Below, one piece after another: positions 25,214 through 34,118 of a stretch of DNA of 40,394 nt. The stretch covers positions 1 through 40,394 of the forward strand of contig CAYIUC010000004.1 of NCBI GenBank assembly GCA_964366535.1, given 5' to 3'. How positions within the stretch are numbered: position 1 is the stretch's first letter; each line of letters opens with the position of its first letter. The translations under genes and the position numbers were made by a program. The stretch is from an uncultured Candidatus Saccharibacteria bacterium (GTDB taxonomy: Bacteria > Patescibacteriota > Minisyncoccia > Phycocordibacterales > UBA10002). The notes beneath the pieces were generated by a model. That model saw only the letters and a list, made by a program, of their open reading frames with translations. It was not told the origin of the DNA and ran no database searches.

Positions 25214-26932
25214 CTAAATAATAACCTTGGGAGGAGTTACGACTACATCCAATACAGTTTGGTCTGGATGTAAATTTACATTAATCAATGCCGGACCTTT
25301 TATGGAAAGAATCTTTCGTAAATTTGCTCTCACCTGCTTATCATCTTTCAAACTGAAAGATTTTATACCATATGCCTTTGCGATTTTTACAAAATCCGCC
25401 GCGGCATAGCCGGTTTTCGGCTCATTGCCGAATGTGCGACCCGCAAAGTCATTTTTGTTGAGCATCATCATGCCGTAGCAGTAATTATTGAGAACGAAAA
25501 TCTTTACCGGTACCTTGTACAGAAAAACCGTTTGCATTTCTTGTATGTTCATTTGCATACCGCCGTCTCCGATAAGGCACACTGTGCGCGATTTCGGGCG
25601 CGCGTAATGTGCTCCGACGGAGGCGGGAAATGAGTAGCCCATCGGAGAATTCCCCCATGCTGAAATGAAGCGCTGATTACCGCCTTTGCTTTGATACCCC
25701 TGCACCCCCCAAACCAAGTTTAAACCGCAATCGGACACCACAACATCTTCATCACCTATCAATTCCGAAAGCGCATTTACGAAAGAATGCGGATTCACCC
25801 GCGCGCCGCGCGATGTCGGCGGCGGCACATTGATTGCGTGGTACGAGCGCTTGAGAGAGCGGGCGAGCGAAAGCCACTCGGCTCTTCCATCGGCGGCTTT
25901 TCGCGCGCGCTTCGCGCGCGCGAGGAGTGCTGGTATAAAAACCGATAGGTCCGCTACGATGGTCTGCGCGTGTTTCAAAAGCCCGTCTTCCAATTCGCCT
26001 TGGTCTATATCTACCGCGATAACTCGCGTATCTTTCGCGAAGATTTTGTCGTTATAGACCATCTTTGTAGTAAAACGCGAGCCGAGCGCTAAGATGAGGT
26101 CGCTTCGTAGAGATATCTCATTCGCAGAAACATTGCCGTATCGTCCAGGACTTCCTAGGTAGAGCGGTTCACGGTGCGGCATCACATCCGCCGCACCCCA
26201 AGTAGCAACTACAGGAATTTGGAGTGCGCGCGCAAGCGCGCGCGCTGTTTCCGTTTGTCTAGAAAGACGCACTCCGCCACCAAGAAGAAGTATCGGGCGT
26301 TTCGCTTTAGTAAGTTCTGAAAAGATGCCTTCCACAGCATCAACTGGCGCGACAGAACGCTCTTGTTTCGGCGGAACAAAAGGCGAGAGCTCCGATGGCG
26401 ACACTAGCTCGCGTTGTACATTAAACGGAATATCAATTAGAACTGGGCCTGGACGGCCATCTTTCGCATGCCACACCGCTTCTTCAAAAACGCGTCGCGC
26501 ATCAGCGCCGCGCTCAAGCATAACCGCATATTTAGTGATGGGCTTCATTACAGACACCATGTCGGTCTCTTGGAAACCGCGCTGACGCACGCGGCGATCC
26601 CCCTTCACATGGAACATTCCCACTTGCCCCGTGATAAACAAACACGGTACCGAGTCGTAGTAAGCGCAAGCGATACCGGTCATCAAGTTTGTACCGCCAG
26701 GACCGGAGGTTGCAAGCCCGACCCCGAAACCCTTGATGCGAGCGTAGCCGTCTACAAACATCGCGACTGCTTGCTCGTGATTGCAAGCTACATATCGTAA
26801 TTTTGGATGCTGCCCTACCGCATCAATCACTTTCATAATCGCTCCTCCCTGTACAAACGGCACAGTGTCTACACCTAGCTTTGCGATACTATCGGCTATG
26901 TATTCGGCTACGCTTATCTTTTTGTCTTGCAT
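25214..26932 (-). CDS. Thiamine-diphosphate-dependent enzyme, acetolactate-synthase-like (YerE-type carboligase candidate)
   Basis: HEQA, TSGPGGTN, GFQE, GDGGMQMNIQE...NN ThDP motif; embedded in a sugar locus with no ilvH/ilvC neighbours. Confidence 0.85.
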   Translation of the reverse strand: MQDKKISVAEYIADSIAKLGVDTVPFVQGGAIMKVIDAVGQHPKLRYVACNHEQAVAMFVDGYARIKGFGVGLATSGPGGTNLMTGIACAYYDSVPCLFITGQVGMFHVKGDRRVRQRGFQETDMVSVMKPITKYAVMLERGADARRVFEEAVWHAKDGRPGPVLIDIPFNVQRELVSPSELSPFVPPKQERSVAPVDAVEGIFSELTKAKRPILLLGGGVRLSRQTETARALARALQIPVVATWGAADVMPHREPLYLGSPGRYGNVSANEISLRSDLILALGSRFTTKMVYNDKIFAKDTRVIAVDIDQGELEDGLLKHAQTIVADLSVFIPALLARAKRARKAADGRAEWLSLARSLKRSYHAINVPPPTSRGARVNPHSFVNALSELIGDEDVVVSDCGLNLVWGVQGYQSKGGNQRFISAWGNSPMGYSFPASVGAHYARPKSRTVCLIGDGGMQMNIQEMQTVFLYKVPVKIFVLNNYCYGMMMLNKNDFAGRTFGNEPKTGYAAADFVKIAKAYGIKSFSLKDDKQVRANLRKILSIKGPALINVNLHPDQTVLDVVVTPPKVII

Positions 26933-26979
26933 AATTATGTATCGTATACTACTCTTTTCAGAATAGAAAACAACTCACT

Positions 26980-27918
26980 ATGACACAACGAATACTCATT
27001 ACTGGCGGCGCAGGATATATCGGCTCTGTACTTACTACTACACTCTTACAAGAAGGATACGCAGTAACGGTGCTGGATAATTTTATGTACCGCCAGAATA
27101 GTTTAGCGGACTGCTGCAGATACAAAGATTTCTCGGTCGTGCGAGGCGATTGCCGCGACAAAAACACACTGCAGCCGCTCGTTGCAAAAGCAGACATAGT
27201 TATTCCACTCGCGGCACTTGTCGGCGCGCCGTTATGCGATCGCGACAAAATTGCTGCAGAAACGACTAATCACGAAGCCGTGGCGATGCTCTGTAAATTA
27301 ATGCGCAAAAACCAACGCATGCTCATACCTATTACAAACAGCGGATATGGAATCGGAGAAAAAAACAAATTCTGCACTGAAGAGTCGCCTTTGAAGCCAA
27401 TTTCCGTATACGGCATTACAAAAGTGAAAGCGGAAAAAGCGGCGCTCGCTCGCGAGAATTGCATAAGCTTCCGCCTCGCCACTGTGTTCGGAATGTCGCC
27501 TCGCATGCGGTTAGACCTACTTGTAAATGATTTCGTACACCGCGCAGTGAATGATCGCGCGCTCCTAATCTTTGAGGGGCATTTCAAAAGAAATTACATC
27601 CACATTCGCGATGTTGCGCGCGTATTCCTACACGGCATAAATAATTTTGATACGATGTGCGGAAGACCCTACAATGTAGGGCTTGACGAAGCAAACCTGT
27701 CAAAACTGGAACTGTGTGCTGTTATCAAGAAACATCTGCCAAAATTTACATACTTGGAGGCGCCGATCGGCAAAGACCCAGACCAACGAGACTACATCGT
27801 CTCAAATGCGCGCATTGCAAAGACAGGCTTTAAGACCGAGTGGACGCTTGACTATGGTATTACCGAACTTATAAAAGGTTTTGCGATGCTACAAAACAGC
27901 CGTTATGCAAACATCTAG
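26980..27918 (+). CDS. NAD-dependent SDR resembling Campylobacter Cj1427/WcaG (GDP-heptose C4 dehydrogenase)
   Basis: ITGGAGYIGS, PLAALVGAPLC, TNSGYGIGEK..CTEESPL.PIS.YG..K, FRLATVFG.SPRMRLDLLVNDF, DPD.RDY.VSN, which I recall as features of Cj1427; adjacent to hddC/hddA. Confidence 0.8.
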   Translation: MTQRILITGGAGYIGSVLTTTLLQEGYAVTVLDNFMYRQNSLADCCRYKDFSVVRGDCRDKNTLQPLVAKADIVIPLAALVGAPLCDRDKIAAETTNHEAVAMLCKLMRKNQRMLIPITNSGYGIGEKNKFCTEESPLKPISVYGITKVKAEKAALARENCISFRLATVFGMSPRMRLDLLVNDFVHRAVNDRALLIFEGHFKRNYIHIRDVARVFLHGINNFDTMCGRPYNVGLDEANLSKLELCAVIKKHLPKFTYLEAPIGKDPDQRDYIVSNARIAKTGFKTEWTLDYGITELIKGFAMLQNSRYANI

Positions 27919-28621
27919 CGACTTACGGCATATACCCATTATTGTATTATGCGGCGGACAAGGCACTCGCTTGCAAAGCGTTATTAGTGACAAGCCGAAA
28001 GTTCTAGCGCCGCTCGGTAAGAACACATTTCTAGATACGCTAATTGACTTACTACATGCATCTGGATTTCAGCGAATTATTTTGAGTGTAGGATATCTAA
28101 AAGAGCAAGTGCGCGAACACTGCACCAAGCACAAATACGAGGTTTTATTCTCCGAAGAAGACGAGCCATTGGGCACCGGCGGCGCGCTTAAAGCGGCTCG
28201 CTTGCTTACTTCGCACGACAATGAATTCTTTGTTATGAACGGCGATACTGTGTGCCGACCCGACTTTCGCGCTATATACGACTTCCACAGAAAGATGGGC
28301 GGATTGATGTCTATGATGATTGCCCCTGCGTACGAAGGCGATGGAGGAGATGTGGCGCTACTTGACCACACTAGCCGCATTGTATCATGGCGCAAAAAGA
28401 TGCCTAGTGACGCTGGAAAAGCTACTTTTGTAAATGCAGGAGTGTATCTTATGGACAAGGAAACAGACAGGTTTTTCCCCAACCGACACGCATTCTCGCT
28501 CGAACGAGATGTCTTTCCATCGCTCCTAGTTGAGCCATGTTATGGGTATCCAATCAAAGAACCTCTAATAGACATAGGTACGCCAGAACGCTACACGCTC
28601 GCACAAGCATCCTTTTCGTGA
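27905..28621 (+). CDS. hddC: Sugar-1-phosphate nucleotidyltransferase, HddC-like (heptose-1-P guanylyltransferase)
   Basis: LCGGQGTRL...PK, EDEPLGTGGA, NGDT, NAGVY, SLE.D, IDIGTPE.Y. Start at ATG 27905. Confidence 0.75.
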   Translation: MQTSSDLRHIPIIVLCGGQGTRLQSVISDKPKVLAPLGKNTFLDTLIDLLHASGFQRIILSVGYLKEQVREHCTKHKYEVLFSEEDEPLGTGGALKAARLLTSHDNEFFVMNGDTVCRPDFRAIYDFHRKMGGLMSMMIAPAYEGDGGDVALLDHTSRIVSWRKKMPSDAGKATFVNAGVYLMDKETDRFFPNRHAFSLERDVFPSLLVEPCYGYPIKEPLIDIGTPERYTLAQASFS

Positions 28622-28636
28622 TAAGTTTGTGCTCGT

Positions 28637-29617
28637 ATGATTGTAGCGCGATCTCCTTTCCGAATAAGCTTCTTCGGCGGCGGCACCGACCACCCAGAGT
28701 TCTTCCTAAAAGAAGGCGGGGCGGTACTGTCAACGGCGATTGATAAATTCGCCTTTGTTACTGCGAATCGGTTTTTGAGCCATATGTATGATTACGCCAT
28801 TCGGCTTTCGTACAGCAGTGTTGAGCTCGCGAAGCGTGTTGATGATATTGAACACCACATCTTCCGAGAATGCCTGCGGCGATGCGGTATTCGCAAAGAC
28901 ATCGCCCTGCATAGTATTTTTGATACGCACGCATTTAGCGGGCTCGGCTCGTCGTCTGCATTCACGGTGTCGGTACTCCACGCCCTGCACGCCTTCAACC
29001 AAGAATTTATATCGCCGGAGGAACTTGCACGCGAAGCTATTTTTGTGGAAAGACAAATGGTGAAGGATTTCGTTGGATACCAAGACCAGATCTCTGCTGC
29101 ATACGGCGGTTTTAATTTGATTGAATTCAAAACGAAACGCGATTTCATCGTTCGGCGCGTCCCGCTCTCCACTGCGCAAATCGTGGCATTGGAGCAACAC
29201 CTCTTTATGGTCTACACTGGCATAGTGCGCAAGGCGTCGGACATTACCGCGCACCAAATCAAAAAGATATCCAACAACACCGAAACGCTCCGCGCAATGA
29301 AACAAATGGCGTACGACGGATACCACATGCTCGTCGAAAATAAACCGATAAGACAATTCGGCGCATTACTGAACGAAGCGTGGGAGCATAAACGCTCTCT
29401 AGATGGTTGCGTCTCCAACAACACCATTGACGCTCTTTACCAAAAAGGGCTCCGCGCGGGAGCGTGGGGAGGGAAACTGCTTGGTGCGGGCGGCGGGGGC
29501 TTCATTCTATTCTGCGCACCGCCAAGCGCCAAAGCACGGCTTATACGAGCATTTCCGCACAAGCAGATACTGCCGGTGCGCATTAATGCACCCGGCTCGC
29601 AGATTCTTTTTTCGTAG
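28637..29617 (+). CDS. hddA: GHMP kinase, HddA-like (heptose-7-phosphate 1-kinase)
   Basis: PFRISFFGGGTD, SGLGSSSA, GYQDQ...AYGGFN, GKLLGAGGGGF. Confidence 0.82.
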   Translation: MIVARSPFRISFFGGGTDHPEFFLKEGGAVLSTAIDKFAFVTANRFLSHMYDYAIRLSYSSVELAKRVDDIEHHIFRECLRRCGIRKDIALHSIFDTHAFSGLGSSSAFTVSVLHALHAFNQEFISPEELAREAIFVERQMVKDFVGYQDQISAAYGGFNLIEFKTKRDFIVRRVPLSTAQIVALEQHLFMVYTGIVRKASDITAHQIKKISNNTETLRAMKQMAYDGYHMLVENKPIRQFGALLNEAWEHKRSLDGCVSNNTIDALYQKGLRAGAWGGKLLGAGGGGFILFCAPPSAKARLIRAFPHKQILPVRINAPGSQILFS

Positions 29618-30560
29618 ATACTTCGCGGGCAGATTCGCGCATGGCGGCGCGCGCAAGCAACTCGCCCTCAAAGTCGCGAGCGTTTTCTCCCATTACGACA
29701 GCGCAAAAATCTTCTAACGCAAGCTGAAACTGGCTTGCGGGCGGCACGACTATGGTTTTTTTATCGTTGCCTCTATGCACTATAATCTCCGATGTCTTAT
29801 CTGCATCCACTGCGAAAGCGCGGCGCACCTCTATACTGCCGCTCGGACCATGCAACACATACGACGATACATACTCCTCGCTTCCTATCTGTACCATGCC
29901 GTGCAAAGTACGATTTTCAGAAAAACGAAGAATTACATCTGCCGCGGTGTCAATTCCAGATGCGGCATCAAATGTTTGCATACACGAAACTGACTGCGGC
30001 GACTTTCCAAAATACCGGAGCGCTAGAGCAAATATGTAGCCAAAAGAATCGTGATACACGCCGCCGCCGAGCGCCGATTGGAAACGAATATCGCCTGCTG
30101 GCGGGAAAGGATAAAGGTATCGAGCTTCCAACCGTTGTAGTCCGCCTACATCATTAAGCAACGCGCGCGCTGATTCGTGTTGCGGGTGGTATAAAAAAGC
30201 GTAATTTTCAAACAAGCGCACGCCAGCTTTGCGGCATACCGCTATAGCGGTACGCGCTTCGGCAAGCGTTGGAAAGGCAGGTTTTTCAACAATAATATGC
30301 TTGCCGGCTTGTGCCGCCTCCAATACCCACTGAGTATGCAAAAGTGGTGGCGTAGAAATGTACACAACATCTACCGCTTCGTCCGATAACACTTCCTCGT
30401 AACTTCCGGCGCGAGGCGCGCCAAACTCCCGCGCATACTCGCTCGCCCTTTCCGAATCCCTACTGCCAATAAAAACCAGGCGCGCCGCGCTAGAAGAACG
30501 AATGGCGGGGAGGAACCTGCGTCGCGCCACGCGCGAACAGCCAATGATGCCAAAATTCAT
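29583..30560 (-). CDS. Gfo/Idh/MocA oxidoreductase (NDP-sugar ketoreductase-like)
   Basis: GIIGCSRVARRR, VYISTP..LH, GKHIIVEKP, 'FLYHPQH', LGGG...D..GY. Start at ATG 30560. Confidence 0.82.
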   Translation of the reverse strand: MNFGIIGCSRVARRRFLPAIRSSSAARLVFIGSRDSERASEYAREFGAPRAGSYEEVLSDEAVDVVYISTPPLLHTQWVLEAAQAGKHIIVEKPAFPTLAEARTAIAVCRKAGVRLFENYAFLYHPQHESARALLNDVGGLQRLEARYLYPFPPAGDIRFQSALGGGVYHDSFGYIFALALRYFGKSPQSVSCMQTFDAASGIDTAADVILRFSENRTLHGMVQIGSEEYVSSYVLHGPSGSIEVRRAFAVDADKTSEIIVHRGNDKKTIVVPPASQFQLALEDFCAVVMGENARDFEGELLARAAMRESAREVSTKKESASRVH

Positions 30561-31006
30561 TTTTTGTAAAACGGGCTTTTGGGGTCGCCGTGGTCGCCGT
30601 CGCCGTAGCCAACATTCTCGTGCACAATCGGCCGTTTGCATGCATTCCAAGGTTTCGTTAGAAACGACACCGATTCGCAGTCGGTAATCGCCATAAAGAC
30701 ATGCAGCGTATTGCGCGGAACAAAGATGCATGTGCCCTTTCCCATTGCTATAAAATGTTCTTTCCCTGTCTTCCTGTCCTTTTCCACCTCAACTCCAGAA
30801 CCGTTGATAAGCAAAATATATTCGTCAAACTCTGGGTGGTAGTGATTGCCGCGAATCTTGCCCGCTTTTATAAACTGATGTGTCCACTCCGCAATAGGCT
30901 TCGGCGGAACGAATGAAAACACCCCGCCACGCCCGTCTTTGATGGTATTTAAGTTGCAAGACGAACTAAATACGCGCATATTGAAAGTCGGCTTTTTTTG
31001 CTTCAT
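30557..31006 (-). CDS. Cupin-fold NDP-ketosugar isomerase/epimerase (FdtA/RmlC-like)
   Basis: 'DGRG', 'RGNHYHP..DEY', 'VP.NT.H' cupin motifs. Confidence 0.72.
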   Translation of the reverse strand: MKQKKPTFNMRVFSSSCNLNTIKDGRGGVFSFVPPKPIAEWTHQFIKAGKIRGNHYHPEFDEYILLINGSGVEVEKDRKTGKEHFIAMGKGTCIFVPRNTLHVFMAITDCESVSFLTKPWNACKRPIVHENVGYGDGDHGDPKSPFYKK

Positions 31007-31022
31007 AAAAGAAACCTACAAC

Positions 31023-31050
31023 AAAAACCCCTCCGACGCAATGCGGAGGG
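31023..31050 (-). terminator. Intrinsic terminator/attenuator between the Fcl-like gene and the cupin gene
   Basis: Stem CCCTCCG/CGGAGGG followed on the minus strand by GTTTTT. Confidence 0.6.
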
Positions 31051-31060
31051 ATAGGCGGCA

Positions 31061-31966
31061 TTACGCCGCAATGGACTGGTAATATTGAACTGTCTCGGCA
31101 AGACCTTCCCGTATATCCGTGTATCGGAAATCCGGAAAGAATGTCTTGACCTTTGTGGTGTCAAAAAACCGCTTCGGATTGCCGCTGTATTTCGTCGTGT
31201 CGTACCGGATTTTCCCATGGTCGTACCCAATAATCTCGCAGAGCATCTCGGCATACTCGCGAATGGTGTAGGGAGCGCCGCTACCCAAGTTTAGATTCTC
31301 GCTCGTCGGCAAGGCGGCGGCGCGCTCAATTAGGTCAACTGCATCGCCGACATACATAAGCTCGCGCACCTGCTCCCCAGTGCCCCATAGCACCACTTCT
31401 TCGCCACGCGTTTTACCCGCGTGGATTTTCTTGATTAGGTCAAAGATGAAGTGATTGTCGCCCGCCTCAAACCCTGGTCCGTAGAGCGTGGAGGGGATGA
31501 GATGCTGGTACCGCATCTTAAATTGCTCTGCAAATGCCAGAAGCCCTGCATAAAGCATGCGCTTGGTGTACGCGTAGGTCGCGAGGTTTGGGTCCGGCTC
31601 GCCGGCAAGGTAGTTTTCCTCCCGCAATGCTTCTTCGCCAAGCGGGTACGAACAAGAGGTGCCCATCGTAATCATAAGCGACTGCGATTGAAACTTGTGC
31701 CAATACCACAGCACATTCGTATGTATCTGCTGGTTGATAACCCACTGCTCGCCTTGGTGGTGGAGACAGAAGTCCCCCGCCTTCGTCCACGCCGCTAGAT
31801 GGTAGATTCTGTCAAACTTTTCGTTTCTAAATTGCAACAGGTTCTGTGTTTCCCGCAAATCACAATTCTTGGAATTCACGACAACAACTTGGTGCCCTTG
31901 CTTTTGCAAGTGCGGCACCAAATGCCGTCCCAAAAACCCAGTCCCGCCAGTTACCAGAATATTCAT
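31061..31966 (-). CDS. NAD(P)-dependent SDR, GDP-L-fucose synthase (Fcl)-like C4 reductase/epimerase
   Basis: VTGGTGFLG, HLAA, GTSCSYP, Y..TKR, LYGP, WGTGEQVRELMYVGD. Confidence 0.82.
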   Translation of the reverse strand: MNILVTGGTGFLGRHLVPHLQKQGHQVVVVNSKNCDLRETQNLLQFRNEKFDRIYHLAAWTKAGDFCLHHQGEQWVINQQIHTNVLWYWHKFQSQSLMITMGTSCSYPLGEEALREENYLAGEPDPNLATYAYTKRMLYAGLLAFAEQFKMRYQHLIPSTLYGPGFEAGDNHFIFDLIKKIHAGKTRGEEVVLWGTGEQVRELMYVGDAVDLIERAAALPTSENLNLGSGAPYTIREYAEMLCEIIGYDHGKIRYDTTKYSGNPKRFFDTTKVKTFFPDFRYTDIREGLAETVQYYQSIAA

Positions 31967-31987
31967 TATTTTTTCCTTTGTAAAAAA

Positions 31988-33235
31988 CTATCCTCTGCGA
32001 AGATACCTTTTGTAATTGCGTCTGTCAACAACCATCGGCTTTGGGACAGGCACAATGAACGCGCCGCCGCCTTTGATGTATCCTTCCATCTTTTGCAAAA
32101 GTTCCGGCAGAAAGTTCCATGCGAGCACGAGGTACGCATCTGGCGGAGCTGCCGTTCGTTCATCTACAATCGGAATACGCGCTCCGGGGATATACTTCCC
32201 TATCTTCAGTGGGTTTACCTCCGCCGCGGCTGTCACAAGGTCTGGGCCGATGCCAAACGAATTGAGGAGCGTGGCGCCTTTAATCGGTGCGCCGAGTGCA
32301 TGCACGGTTTTGTGCTCTTTTTTGAACCGCCGCAGTATGGGTATCAATTCCTTTTTCATCCGCTTTACGCCCTTCGCAAACGCGCGGTAGGTCGCTAGTT
32401 CGCCAAGACGGCGTCTTTTTTCGGCGCGCCGCATAAGAGCTACAGACTGCGCGACTTTTCTCGCGCCTTTTTTTGCAATTAGATATTCCACAGTGCCGCC
32501 GTGTATGGGAATATTTTGTATAGAGAAAACTTCAAGACCATACTGCGCGAGAAGCGCCTCAAGCGAGCGTAAGGTCCAATATGTAAGATGCTCGTGATAA
32601 ATTTGGTCAAACGCGCCGATGCGAAGCATTTCGCCAAGATATATCGCCTGAACGCAGAGAACTCCATTCTCGCCAATTAGTTCTGCAATACCTTCGGTTA
32701 CGGAATGCAATTCTTCCAAGTGGAAAAACACGCCGGCTGCAGTTACCAAATCCGCCGCGCCCTTTTTCGCAATTATTTCTTTTGCAACTTTTTTATTGAA
32801 AAACAACGGCAATGTCTCCAATCCTTTTTCGTTCGCGATTTTTGCAAGATTCTTTGCGCCGTCCACGCCAAGAGTTTTTATTCCAGTGCCGCGCCAGCAC
32901 TCAAGCCAAGTGCCGTCGTTGCTTCCAAGATCCATTACAAAGTCACCCGCATGCAAATTGAGATTTTTTACGAGACGCTTAGTACTCTCCGCAAAATGCG
33001 CTTTAAGCGAACGAGTGGTCCCAGACACATAAGCATATTCTTCAAACATCACTTCTTTCGGCACGGTGTAGTCAATCTGCACAGTCGTGCAGTCGCGGCA
33101 AAAGTGCGCGCGTAGCGGGTAGTGCGGCTCGCGCTTTCGTAAATCCTTTTTTGCAATAAAACTATCACCGTGAGGTTGTGTCCCCAAGTCAAGAAATAAC
33201 GCAAGGTTCTTTTTGTTGCATACTCGGCAATTCAT
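31988..33235 (-). CDS. NDP-sugar C-methyltransferase (Zn-binding N-terminal domain; C3-methyltransferase family)
   Basis: CRVC...CRDC zinc ligands, DLGSNDG, YHEH, IHGG, 'GAPIKG.TLLN', 'VLAWNF', VPVP. Confidence 0.88.
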   Translation of the reverse strand: MNCRVCNKKNLALFLDLGTQPHGDSFIAKKDLRKREPHYPLRAHFCRDCTTVQIDYTVPKEVMFEEYAYVSGTTRSLKAHFAESTKRLVKNLNLHAGDFVMDLGSNDGTWLECWRGTGIKTLGVDGAKNLAKIANEKGLETLPLFFNKKVAKEIIAKKGAADLVTAAGVFFHLEELHSVTEGIAELIGENGVLCVQAIYLGEMLRIGAFDQIYHEHLTYWTLRSLEALLAQYGLEVFSIQNIPIHGGTVEYLIAKKGARKVAQSVALMRRAEKRRRLGELATYRAFAKGVKRMKKELIPILRRFKKEHKTVHALGAPIKGATLLNSFGIGPDLVTAAAEVNPLKIGKYIPGARIPIVDERTAAPPDAYLVLAWNFLPELLQKMEGYIKGGGAFIVPVPKPMVVDRRNYKRYLRRG

Positions 33236-34116
33236 ATAAATATCTGATGTGCGGCGCGCACGGTTGCATCAATTTGCATAGGCGCGCTGTGTCCTGGAAC
33301 AACGCATGAAATAGAAGGGTTTTTGACGCACCAGCCGATTGCCCATTCGGACAAGTCTGCGCCAACCGGCATCTCGTTTTGTTTTATCTCTTCCACCTTT
33401 TTCATATGCACCTCATCATAAGTTTTATTGAGTGGCTTAAAACGGGTAGAGAGATACCCTTTTGCCAAAGGTACTCGCGCAATAATGCCAAGGTTATGTT
33501 TTTTCGCAAACGGAAAGATGCGTTCTTCCGCTTTTCTGTCTAGACGGTTGTACACTACCTGCACCGCTGATGCGCTAAGCATTTCTACTGCTTCTTGCAA
33601 AAAGACTCCGTCCTCGCCGAAGAGTGCATCATCGCCGAGGCATACGCCAACCGCGCGAATCTTGCCCGCCTTTTTCGCTTCGGCGAGTGCATCTCTTATA
33701 TTGAGCGTATTCGCACGAATATGTGCAATATCCTCTGGCGCGTTTACATGCAGTTGATAGAGGTCAATATAGTCCGTCCGAAGCGCCGCAAGCGAATCGT
33801 CTAGTTGCTTCCGTATGTCCTCCCCAGTCCATGCAGAGACAATCTCCTTTGGCCTGCTTATGTGCCCGAATTTGGTGGCGATGATCCACTTTCGGCGATT
33901 CTTCCCAAGCGCGTCGCCGACCATGCGCTCCGCCGCGTGGAAGAAGTAGCACTCGCCCGTGTCAATAAAATTCATTCCCGCTTTTTCTGCGCGGCGGAGT
34001 ATGGCGCGTATTTCGGCAACCGTAAAAAACCTGCCGCCCATGCCGCTCCATTGGTGGGTTTCAATACCGACAACCGAAACCTTTAAGCCGGTTTTTCCTA
34101 ATTCGCGATATTGCAT
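33232..34116 (-). CDS. Aldo/keto reductase
   Basis: YRELGKTGLKVS, FIDT...Y, IATKFG, LRTDYIDLYQLH, GKIRAVG, PLAKG. Start at ATG 34116 (34131 is an alternative). Confidence 0.9.
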   Translation of the reverse strand: MQYRELGKTGLKVSVVGIETHQWSGMGGRFFTVAEIRAILRRAEKAGMNFIDTGECYFFHAAERMVGDALGKNRRKWIIATKFGHISRPKEIVSAWTGEDIRKQLDDSLAALRTDYIDLYQLHVNAPEDIAHIRANTLNIRDALAEAKKAGKIRAVGVCLGDDALFGEDGVFLQEAVEMLSASAVQVVYNRLDRKAEERIFPFAKKHNLGIIARVPLAKGYLSTRFKPLNKTYDEVHMKKVEEIKQNEMPVGADLSEWAIGWCVKNPSISCVVPGHSAPMQIDATVRAAHQIFI

Positions 34117-34118
34117 AG

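Noticed and set aside
25214-26932. Branched-chain amino-acid biosynthesis (ilvB/ilvI)
   Set aside because: No regulatory subunit or ilvC/ilvD nearby and the context is purely sugar-modifying; symbol not assigned.
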